Positions 51,935-59,443 of a stretch of 59,443 nucleotides of DNA are shown piece by piece. Both the position numbers and the translations under genes were made by a program. Source of the stretch: Acidiferrobacterales bacterium (GTDB lineage Bacteria > Pseudomonadota > Gammaproteobacteria > Acidiferrobacterales > DATGVQ01); assembly GCA_035300145.1 (NCBI GenBank), contig DATGVQ010000242.1, forward strand, positions 1 to 59,443. The letters are read 5' to 3'. Under the pieces are notes generated by a model. That model saw only the letters and a list, made by a program, of their open reading frames with translations. It made no database searches and was not told where the DNA came from. How positions within the stretch are numbered: the stretch's first letter is position 1; every line of letters begins with the position of its first letter.

Positions 51935-53410
51935 TCATTTCGCGCCGGAAGCCTCGATCGGCTCGAAGTACAGATAGTCGGGCTTCTCTAAATCGTGCGG
52001 TTCCGGCGCATTGCGACCGTAAAAGCGATACTGTGGCGCAAGCGTTGCCGGCAATTCTTGCTGACACCGTTTCACTTCAAACGGAATGGTGTCTGGCCGA
52101 TGGCCGGAGGGAGGCTTTTCCCAGCGGATGACGCGGAAGGTAAAGGTGGCCGGATTGCGCACCACATCCTCGATCGTGCCCACCGCCACCCAGCTCGCCA
52201 GTTGCTGGCACTGCTCGGCGTTGAGCCTCGGCCCTCCACGCGGTAACCCACTGTAGTCTAGGCAGGGATTGGGTGGACAGGGTAACGGGTCGGCGATCAC
52301 CGCCTTGGCCCGCACGTCCCAATCGACTTGGAGGGTCCCCGGCCATGGTTGTAAACCGTCCTTCCACTTTATGAGGTCATAGGCAGGCACGGGCATGACC
52401 GCCGAGTAGGCGTCCCTCTCCGCCAAAACCTCTACGATCACCCAAGGTCCTTTAGTCGGAGTGGTGTAATTGCCCGCGAACGCGATTTCATCCCCTTCCT
52501 TGCGCGCCGGCGACGTCAGGAAATAATGTCCGGCGTTCGACTTTGGATCCCTGGGGTAAATGATAAAACGCATCAGCCTCCCAGGCAGGGATGTCTCTTT
52601 GCCGTCTGTAATGTTGGTACCGCTCGTGTGGGTATAGACCTCGCACGAAAACTCGACCAGGTTTTCCCGGGGATACAGCTCGGCGGTACAGGTGCTGCTG
52701 CCGCTTGGATTACCCGGTTTACCCAAAGGGGTGGTCGGATCCGTGGCCTCGGTAATCAAAGTATGCTCATGTTTTTCCACGCCGTTCTTTGAATACTTCA
52801 CCACGATCTCCGTCGACTTCTCTTTAAAGACCGTATTGACGGTTCCCTGCGCATAGATCTTGCCATACTCCATGACCGTACCCAGGCTGCCTGTCAGATT
52901 GATCATGATCGTCAAGCCGGCGTCGTAATGCCATGTTGTTTCTTTATTGATTTCTCGCTTTGAGTGTGAACCCTGTGCGTTCCATTTCATGACAATCGTC
53001 CCATGCAGCGAGGACAGGGGCACCCATCTGGTTTGTGAACGACGCTCGTCTCTTTGTTCGGCCCTACCGGAAGATGAGGCGTTTTGGCCATCCGGGCCGG
53101 ATATAGATGGCGCGCGCCCAGCGGGGGTCTTCAATTGTTGCGAGAAGCTCTTGCCCCACGCCTGCAAGGCGCGGCGGTCCTCGTTGGTGAGAGGCTGGCC
53201 GCTCTGTGCCTTCTTCATGATTGCGCTAATATCCGCAGCAGGCGACGCCCCGCCGTCTTCGGCCAAGACCGGCGGCAGGATACCCACGCTGACCATGGTC
53301 AGCGCGACCCATAAGGCAAAGCGGCTCAGGCGCCGCGCCGCATTGGTCATAAGAAAGATCGCTGAATACTCGTTCCGTTCGCCAGCTCTCGGTGAGGTGA
53401 TATCTTTCAT
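51935..53410 (-). CDS. Secreted hypothetical protein, apparently multi-module
   Basis: 491-aa ORF with a hydrophobic signal segment ending VLA; Cys-rich C-terminal module starting ADPLPCPPNPC. The true start may be the later MTNAARR. Confidence 0.75.
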   Translation of the reverse strand: MKDITSPRAGERNEYSAIFLMTNAARRLSRFALWVALTMVSVGILPPVLAEDGGASPAADISAIMKKAQSGQPLTNEDRRALQAWGKSFSQQLKTPAGRAPSISGPDGQNASSSGRAEQRDERRSQTRWVPLSSLHGTIVMKWNAQGSHSKREINKETTWHYDAGLTIMINLTGSLGTVMEYGKIYAQGTVNTVFKEKSTEIVVKYSKNGVEKHEHTLITEATDPTTPLGKPGNPSGSSTCTAELYPRENLVEFSCEVYTHTSGTNITDGKETSLPGRLMRFIIYPRDPKSNAGHYFLTSPARKEGDEIAFAGNYTTPTKGPWVIVEVLAERDAYSAVMPVPAYDLIKWKDGLQPWPGTLQVDWDVRAKAVIADPLPCPPNPCLDYSGLPRGGPRLNAEQCQQLASWVAVGTIEDVVRNPATFTFRVIRWEKPPSGHRPDTIPFEVKRCQQELPATLAPQYRFYGRNAPEPHDLEKPDYLYFEPIEASGAK

Positions 53411-53413
53411 TTC

Positions 53414-53983
53414 TTAAATAATCTCAACCGGAATCGTTACGTTTGCGCTCTTATCGCCCACAACGTCGTGAGCGACAACCTCCAGCAAATACTTCCCGGC
53501 CGGCGCGCCGGTCAACGTGACGGTCACATTTAAATACAGGTCGCGAACCAGACGCGCTGTATCCACCGGGAAGCGTCCGAATGCCTTTTGTTCAAAGAGC
53601 TGCTTGCCTGCCGGCTCTTTTACAAGCAGATCCAACACCAGTTGGGCGTGGTAGCCTCCACTCTGACTCCGGATGCCGTAATTTTGCGGCTCCAGGTAAA
53701 CCAGAATTTCTTGACCCGCGCGGTAGCGATTATTGGGTCGCGGCTTGATCCCCTGCCCCATCCCCTGCGCCTTTTGCGCCACTAAGATCACATTGGCCAA
53801 TTCCAGCGGGGCCTCGTTTCTGATTTGTTCCTGCGCCTCGGTAAGTTTGCCAATGGCCGCCTGGTAGTCCTTCTTCTCATACGCCGACTCGGCCTCCGTC
53901 AGTAACTTTGACAGGGGCGAGGCGGCCAGCAACGTCATGGATAGGCATAACAGACTGGAAGCGAATATTGTCTTTTTAAACAT
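53414..53983 (-). CDS. Secreted hypothetical protein (helical hairpin plus Ig-like beta domain), called 'gene Y' below
   Basis: GAGGAG RBS; signal peptide; AESAYEKKDYQAAIGKL helix pair; C-terminal GAPAGKYLLEVVAHD beta-sandwich pattern. Confidence 0.85.
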   Translation of the reverse strand: MFKKTIFASSLLCLSMTLLAASPLSKLLTEAESAYEKKDYQAAIGKLTEAQEQIRNEAPLELANVILVAQKAQGMGQGIKPRPNNRYRAGQEILVYLEPQNYGIRSQSGGYHAQLVLDLLVKEPAGKQLFEQKAFGRFPVDTARLVRDLYLNVTVTLTGAPAGKYLLEVVAHDVVGDKSANVTIPVEII

Positions 53984-54002
53984 ACTCTTTTTCTCCTCGA
54001 TG
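53778..54002. repeat. Direct repeat copy B
   Basis: Partner of 45553-45776. Confidence 0.92.
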
Positions 54003-54059
54003 GTTGGAGCGGCGGGCTGATATCCCGTCGGACAAGGCGATCACAATCCAGGTCGGGTC

Positions 54060-56483
54060 TCAATCGCAGCCGCAGCAGGGGTTGCCGCCAGCGGTGAGGC
54101 GGCGGATGCGCGGGAGGCCGTCAATGGACGCCTCGCCTTGGACGCCGTATTCGATCCCGGCGTACAACGGCACGCGGATCCACAGTTCGGCTGCCTCTTG
54201 CGGCCCGAGCGGAGGCACCTTCAGCTCGATGAGCTGGGACGGCTCGCCGAGAGTCGGGGTGAGCGGATCGCACTCGACATTCACGGTGTAGACGAAGAAG
54301 CGCGCTCCCGGCAGCGAGCTCGTCACCTGGCGGTTGCGCAGGCGCAGGCGAAGGAGCGGGCGCGGCGGATAGAGCCGATCGAGCTCCGCGCGGCGGGTCT
54401 TGAAGGCGGACGCGGCCTTCGCGTACTCGCGCTCCTTCTCAGCGAACTCCGCACGCTGCTCCTCAGCGGGCTCATAGCCGTCATAGAATCCGCTACACGG
54501 CTCGCAGGGCGCGAACGGCTCGACGTTCACCGCGCACGCATCGGCCGGGGCGCGGCCGGCTTTCAAGTCGGCCGGCGAGGGGGCCACGAGCACCGCCTTG
54601 GCGAGGTCGCCGCGGCAGCCGTAGATGAGATCGCTCGACTCCACCTCGAGCCAGGGCGCGATCGGCCGGCCCGTGCCCGCGAGCATGTTCCCCGCGAGCG
54701 CCGCCGCGGTCCAACGCTTGGCGGCGAGCGCCGCCTCGACGAGGGCGGGCAGGGTGCCGCGGTCGTCCAGACCTAGCGCCACCGCCCGCTCGAGCAGCGT
54801 CGCGGCCTCGTCGCTCTTTCCCGCTTGGGCGAGCCTGGCCGCCTCGGCCTTGAGAGCCGCAGCGTCGAGCGGCGCCGGCTCGAGGAACCCCGCCGCGAGC
54901 CATCCCTCGGTCGGCCCCTGGCGACCGTCCGCGCGCAGCGGCTTAGGCTTGGAATCCTTGTCCACGAAGGGATCGAGCAATACGACCTGGGTGGCGCGCG
55001 GCGAGCCGGCCCAGCGGACGCGCGCCCACTCGCCACGGACCTCGAACACATCGACCGGCGTATTGATGACGAGCCGCACCAGCGCCGGCGCGGCCGCGCT
55101 CGCCGACTTGCGGAGGTTGAGCGACGACGCGCCCACGTAGGCGGCCTTCCCCGCGGCGAGCCACACCGGCGCGGCCGGCTGGGGCGACGCCTGCGGTGGA
55201 AATTTCTTCCTGAGCTCGGCCGCGTCGCGGTACTTGCCGGCGGCCTCGTCGAGCGCGGCGAGGAGCTGGGCGGCGTCGGCGTCCTCCGGCGCGTGGGCGT
55301 GCCACCGCGCCGCGGCATCGATCGCCTTGGAGAAACTGCCAGCGAGGAGCGCGGCCTTGACCTGCGCGAGCGGCTCGGGCGTGACTGTCGCCGGGGTCAT
55401 GGGGCTGAGCGCCCCGGTCGCGCCGATCGTGTATTGCGAGACGGTGGCGTCGCCGCTATTGGCGACATAGGCGTAGCGCCCGCTCGGGTCGACGGCGACG
55501 GCGTAGGGACTCCCCGCCGCAACCGCGACCGTCGCCGGGGTCATGGGGCTGAGCGCGCCGGCCGCGCCGATCGTGTATTGCGTGGCCTTGAACGTGCGAT
55601 TGGCGACATAGGCGTAGCGCCCGCTCGGGTGGACCGCGACGGAAGCCGTCCCAGCCGCGACCGTCGCCGGGGTCATGGGGCTAAGCGCCCCGGTTGCGCC
55701 GACCGTGTACTGCAAGACGGCGCCGCCGGCATTGAGGCCTCCGCTTTGACTGACGACATAGGCATAGCGCCCGCTCGGGTCGACGGTGACGGAGAGGGGA
55801 TTCCCCCCGGCCACGACTTTCGCTGGGGTCATCGGGCTGAGCGCCCCGGTGGCGCCGATCGTGTACTGCGAGACGGTGTTGCCGCTGAAATCGGCGACAT
55901 ACGCATAGCGGCCGCTCGGGTGGACAGCGACGGAGAAGGGTTCCCCCCCGGCCGCGACCATCGCCGGGGTCATCGCGGTAAGCGCCCCGGTCGCGCCTAT
56001 CGTGTACTGCGAGACGGTGGCATCCTTGTCATTGGCGACATAAGCATAGCGCCCGCTCGGGTGGACAGCGACGGAGACGGGGAACGCCCCGGTCGCGACT
56101 GTCGCCGGGGTCATTGGGCTGAGCGCCCCGGTGGCGCCAATCGTGTAATGCGAGACGGTGGCGTCCTTGTCATTGGCGACGTAGACATAGTGCCCGCTCG
56201 GGTGGACAGCGACGGAGCTGTCACCCTTCCCAGCCGTGACGGTCTCCGGGGTCATGGGGCTAAGTGCCCCGGTGGGGCCGATCGTGTATTGCGAGATCGT
56301 CCCGTTGGGGCTGTCTTGATTGGCGACATACGCGTGCTGTGGAGCGTTTGTAATAGGGGCTATCTCTTTAGTCACTCCACTACCATCTCCCCAGGCGCTG
56401 CGGAAGAATAACAGCAGCAATGCCGCAAGCAGCGTCGTAGTGCGTGTACCATTTATAATTATAATGATCGGTCTGGATCTCAT
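54060..56483 (-). CDS. Secreted fusion: lactonase-like 7-blade beta-propeller + TPR + SH3b + TPR + Cys-rich tail
   Basis: Seven VHPSGRYAYVAN..VSQYTIGATGALSPMTPATV repeats; ASSLNLRKSAS...RGEWARV SH3b pattern; ends CCGCD. Confidence 0.8.
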   Translation of the reverse strand: MRSRPIIIIINGTRTTTLLAALLLLFFRSAWGDGSGVTKEIAPITNAPQHAYVANQDSPNGTISQYTIGPTGALSPMTPETVTAGKGDSSVAVHPSGHYVYVANDKDATVSHYTIGATGALSPMTPATVATGAFPVSVAVHPSGRYAYVANDKDATVSQYTIGATGALTAMTPAMVAAGGEPFSVAVHPSGRYAYVADFSGNTVSQYTIGATGALSPMTPAKVVAGGNPLSVTVDPSGRYAYVVSQSGGLNAGGAVLQYTVGATGALSPMTPATVAAGTASVAVHPSGRYAYVANRTFKATQYTIGAAGALSPMTPATVAVAAGSPYAVAVDPSGRYAYVANSGDATVSQYTIGATGALSPMTPATVTPEPLAQVKAALLAGSFSKAIDAAARWHAHAPEDADAAQLLAALDEAAGKYRDAAELRKKFPPQASPQPAAPVWLAAGKAAYVGASSLNLRKSASAAAPALVRLVINTPVDVFEVRGEWARVRWAGSPRATQVVLLDPFVDKDSKPKPLRADGRQGPTEGWLAAGFLEPAPLDAAALKAEAARLAQAGKSDEAATLLERAVALGLDDRGTLPALVEAALAAKRWTAAALAGNMLAGTGRPIAPWLEVESSDLIYGCRGDLAKAVLVAPSPADLKAGRAPADACAVNVEPFAPCEPCSGFYDGYEPAEEQRAEFAEKEREYAKAASAFKTRRAELDRLYPPRPLLRLRLRNRQVTSSLPGARFFVYTVNVECDPLTPTLGEPSQLIELKVPPLGPQEAAELWIRVPLYAGIEYGVQGEASIDGLPRIRRLTAGGNPCCGCD
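55384..56336 (-). repeat. Intragenic tandem repeat, about 141-bp unit, 7 copies
   Basis: CCGCTCGGGT landmarks near 55910, 56051 and 56192 are 141 nt apart. Confidence 0.9.
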
Positions 56484-56651
56484 GGTTCCTGCTCCGATTA
56501 CGTTAAGGGTTGCTGCCGACGCGCCGCCGCCGATCGTCCCAACGCTTATTAAACATACTCTCTCTCCTGGTGGTTGCTGCATTTACTGCGCTGGTCATAG
56601 TTTTCGAGACCGGGTTTGTGGAGTTAATCCTGTATCGCTGATCGCCTGGCG

Positions 56652-57104
56652 CTATTTGCAATCCCCCACACGCCTTCCTTTAATGTGTTGCGTCATTTTC
56701 ATCTCGCCGCGGCGCGGATCGACGCTGGTCATTTTTATGATTCCTTCATAGCTGTCGCCCTTGAGCACCATCTCGCCGGTGCCGCTGCCCGCGCGCTTGC
56801 CCTGGCATTGCACGCTCCAGGTCACCTTGTTGCCCGTTACCCTGTGATCCTTCAGCTCGCAATTCTCGTCCTTGCGGGGGGCGCTCGGCGCGACCTTTTT
56901 GGCGTCTTCAGTGTCGTTTTTTGTGTAGCACCGGGTGTGCGTCATCGGCGGCATGGTCATCGGCATGCCCGGCATGTCCATGGTGGTGGTGATCTCCCAC
57001 AAGCCGGGTTTCATATTGGACCCGGCTGCATATACCTCCGAGGCAAATGCGCCTGGTAGCAAGATGAGGCTTAGTATTAAAGTGGTCTTCTTCAGCGTTT
57101 TCAT
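56652..57104 (-). CDS. DUF3617 family secreted protein
   Basis: MKPGLWEITTTM, paired Cys, VTWSVQC, C-terminal GRRVGDCK. Confidence 0.85.
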   Translation of the reverse strand: MKTLKKTTLILSLILLPGAFASEVYAAGSNMKPGLWEITTTMDMPGMPMTMPPMTHTRCYTKNDTEDAKKVAPSAPRKDENCELKDHRVTGNKVTWSVQCQGKRAGSGTGEMVLKGDSYEGIIKMTSVDPRRGEMKMTQHIKGRRVGDCK

Positions 57105-57130
57105 TTTTTCCTCCGTTGTTGTCTGTTTCA
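57021..57130. repeat. Leader repeat L1 copy 1 (RBS plus signal peptide of DUF3617)
   Basis: Aligns with 58356-58467. Confidence 0.9.
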
Positions 57131-57299
57131 GTTAATTCCGCATCGGGTGGCTCCGGTGGCGGACGGCTCGCGTCACTTTCCCAACTCAAAGAGTTTGTTC
57201 GATCGGCTTTTACTATCGCCGAACTCTTTCCTCTAACCACTGTAAAAGGTCCGGCGATGAATAATTTTTGGAATGGTACTGACATTATGGGCTCAGGTC

Positions 57300-58433
57300 C
57301 TAATCGCAGGTGTCATCGGCGAACTGAATGTTGGCCTCGTCCTTCATCAGCGGAACCCAGCCTGTCATTGCAGGCGTTATTGAGTCGCTTTGATCGCCGC
57401 CCTCGCAAAGATTCTCTTTGTAGGCATCGATCAGAACCCACGTGCGTCCATTCGCGACTTGGAGTTCCCGCACCTTGACATGAACCTCTTTCTTCGAATC
57501 TTGGGCTTCCTTGAATTTTCGAAGCTCCGGGGAATTTTCGATGGCAGCGGTTTTTTCGCTTGGCGAGAGAAACGGCTTTACCTCGCCGATCCGGGGAGAG
57601 CGCGCGATCCAAGCCCAGCGGAAATTGTAAGGAGGGAACTCTCGCATGCGCACTTTGATCCAATTATTTTTTCGGTCAAAGACAAAAAGGCGAGTCCAAT
57701 ATCCATCTTTGGTTTCGTCGAAGATTCGCATGCTTAGAAAAACATGAAGGACGTTGGACGTCACGGTTGTAAACCCGCTATCTTGCCCGGTCCGGTCGGG
57801 GAACCTGATTTGCCTGCCGGCGGGACTTTCGTAAACGGGAAACTTGAATCCGGGTTCACAGGATTTTTTCGTCCATTCGTTGCCCGCCCGATCCTTCACG
57901 GTTCCCTCCGACTTGCATGGCGGCGGTGGGATCAAAACATACGAATCCAGTTGCAGATCAGGCGGGGAATCGTCGAAAAGCTTAAAGTTTTGTGAGCCCG
58001 GGGACGCGAAAATCTTTGCGTCCCAGACCGTCTTATCGAGAAGCATGTGATCGGATTGGGCCAAACGGTCTTTGATGTCCGATATCTCAACCCCGTTGGG
58101 ACGCTTGATCCATGCGAGGCCCGCATTTCTATCTCTGATTTGCAGCCACGTCTGTTTCTGAAGGTCCTCTTTGCCCCAGACCAGATACTCCCGGGTGAAT
58201 TCTTCCTCGGCACCCCCCGAATAAGGAAGTTGTGAAAAACCATCGGCACTTGCCGTTGCGAAGGGCGTCCTGTCGGCCGGAAATTTATAGAGTTCGAGCA
58301 TCTCATTCGCTGCCGTCGAGCTTTTCCAACTCATCACTGCTCTCGGATCTGAAGGCCCGGCTGCATATACCTGCGAGGCAAACGCGCCCAGTAGCAAGAC
58401 AAGGCTTAGTATTAAAGCGGTCTTCTTCAACAT
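57300..58433 (-). CDS. Secreted hypothetical protein carrying the DUF3617-type signal peptide, called 'gene X' below
   Basis: 377-aa ORF starting MLKKTALILSLVLLLGAFASQVYAAG; mature part not recognised; ends DDTCD. Confidence 0.78.
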   Translation of the reverse strand: MLKKTALILSLVLLLGAFASQVYAAGPSDPRAVMSWKSSTAANEMLELYKFPADRTPFATASADGFSQLPYSGGAEEEFTREYLVWGKEDLQKQTWLQIRDRNAGLAWIKRPNGVEISDIKDRLAQSDHMLLDKTVWDAKIFASPGSQNFKLFDDSPPDLQLDSYVLIPPPPCKSEGTVKDRAGNEWTKKSCEPGFKFPVYESPAGRQIRFPDRTGQDSGFTTVTSNVLHVFLSMRIFDETKDGYWTRLFVFDRKNNWIKVRMREFPPYNFRWAWIARSPRIGEVKPFLSPSEKTAAIENSPELRKFKEAQDSKKEVHVKVRELQVANGRTWVLIDAYKENLCEGGDQSDSITPAMTGWVPLMKDEANIQFADDTCD

Positions 58434-58467
58434 TTTCGTTTTTTCTCCGTTGCTGTTGTCTGCTTCA
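58356..58467. repeat. Leader repeat L1 copy 2
   Basis: CCCGGCTGCATATACCT...AGGCTTAGTATTAAAG...TGTTGTCTG shared with 57021-57130. Confidence 0.9.
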
Positions 58468-58571
58468 CCCCATATGGGGCTTTGCTCAAATATATCCGCG
58501 TAGAGACTTGCGACCGTGCAGCAATTATCGATCCATGTATAAGTAACGTCCGTTCTTTAATAATAATTAAT

Positions 58572-58652
58572 GTAGGTTGGGTTAAGCCGCGCAAGCGGCG
58601 AACCCAACAAAATCATAGATTTGATGGGTCCGCTACGCTTGACCTATCCTAC
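58572..58652. repeat. GTAG-type REP doublet (REPIN)
   Basis: GTAGGTTGGGTTAAGC...AACCCAAC, a spacer, then GATGGGT...GCTTGACCTATCCTAC in inverted orientation. Confidence 0.8.
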
Positions 58653-58656
58653 ATGA

Positions 58657-58968
58657 CTAGCGCGGACGGGGGCTCCCCGGTTTCCCGCCACCCGGCTCGT
58701 CGGTGTCGCCGCCTTTCCCGATGGGGGGTTTCTTCCCGGCGGGGGGTTTGTTCCCGGAACGCAGACCCTGTACATCTATTCCGTCATGTTTCCCACCTGA
58801 ACAGTAACTCCCTCCTCGTTGGTTCCCAGGGATGATCACGATCCCGCCTCCGTCATTACACTCTTTCGTGGTCACCGTTTTGGCCGCCATCGCATCTGAG
58901 GAACTCAGCACCGTACCGATGGCTACCAGACCTGCTACTAAGAACGACCACTTTTTTGATTTATTCAT
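58657..58968 (-). CDS. Small secreted protein with two Cys and a Gly/Pro/Lys-rich tail
   Basis: GAGGAGG RBS; signal peptide ending AMA; ECNDGGG...YCSGGKHDG. Confidence 0.7.
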   Translation of the reverse strand: MNKSKKWSFLVAGLVAIGTVLSSSDAMAAKTVTTKECNDGGGIVIIPGNQRGGSYCSGGKHDGIDVQGLRSGNKPPAGKKPPIGKGGDTDEPGGGKPGSPRPR

Positions 58969-59242
58969 TGTCAATTGCCTCCTCTCATCAGGGTTTTTGT
59001 AAAGCGACATATTCATTTTAATTAAACGCATTGTTGTTCTCCTCTATTGAAGGTCTTAAAAAAGACCGTTGGTGAAAAAAGTTGAAGTGTAGGTAATCCT
59101 TGCAACTTACTCCCAGGGATTCCACTCTTCACACCATGGACCATCGTCATGACATATCTCAATTTTTCATATGACCTCCTTTGAGTAGTTTTAGATTTAA
59201 ACGTATCTTCATTTTTTCTCCGCTTAGTGATCGCTAAACGCA

Positions 59243-59443
59243 TTATTGCTTGACGAACTCCACGCGCCGGTTGTTGGCGCGGCCGGTTGGCGTGTCGTTG
59301 CTGTCCAGCGGCTTGGTGGAACCCAGCCCCTCCGTGGTCAGGCGGGCGGTATCGATCTTGAAATCCGAAATCAAGGCATTCTTCACGGACTCGGCGCGGC
59401 GCTTGGATAGCTCCGTATTGTGCTGGGCGTCACCGGTATTATC
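59243..59443 (-). CDS. OmpA-like peptidoglycan-binding C-terminal domain, 5'-partial
   Basis: DNTGDAQHNTELSKRRAESVK...GLGSTKPLDSNDTPTGRANNRRVEF*. Confidence 0.9.
   Translation of the reverse strand, partial: DNTGDAQHNTELSKRRAESVKNALISDFKIDTARLTTEGLGSTKPLDSNDTPTGRANNRRVEFVKQ

Noticed and set aside
45553-54002. Repeat pair as a diversity-generating retroelement TR/VR
   Set aside because: Differences are not adenine-specific, lie at gene 5' ends, and no reverse transcriptase is present in the window.
55384-56336. CRISPR-like periodic repeats
   Set aside because: The units are in-frame protein blades with no unique spacers and no cas genes.
45534-59443. Integron cassette array
   Set aside because: The genes are co-oriented, but I found no RYYYAAC...GTTRRRY palindromic attC sites in the spacers and no tyrosine recombinase.

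Overview
Chromosomal window from a probable sulfur-oxidising gammaproteobacterium (taxon inferred from gene content, not searched). The backbone is housekeeping: argD-argF, ettA, an ATM1-type ABC exporter, purL-purC-MBL-bamC-dapA, bcp, PIN-PhoH, a PilT/PilU ATPase, tusA, bepA and ratA-rnfH. It also carries a soxXYZAB operon and an APS kinase fused to a degenerate ATP-sulfurylase domain. Interspersed are visibly GC-richer inserts (Vgb-like/M16 peptidase; Bug/FAD monooxygenase), a hybrid histidine-kinase pair, several decayed gene fragments, and a family of small MITE/REP elements that abut stop codons. The most unusual part is 45.5-59.4 kb, a co-oriented minus-strand array of secreted-protein genes (alpha-2-macroglobulin, a beta-propeller/TPR/SH3 fusion, DUF3617, OmpA, unknowns). 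Pieces of a two-gene scaffold recur there between unrelated cargo genes: the DUF3617 leader, the DUF3617 3' end, and the leader of the 189-aa gene. This looks like a homology-arm cassette array with signal-peptide swapping, with no integrase or attC site visible. All assignments come from reading motifs by eye; no database searches were run.
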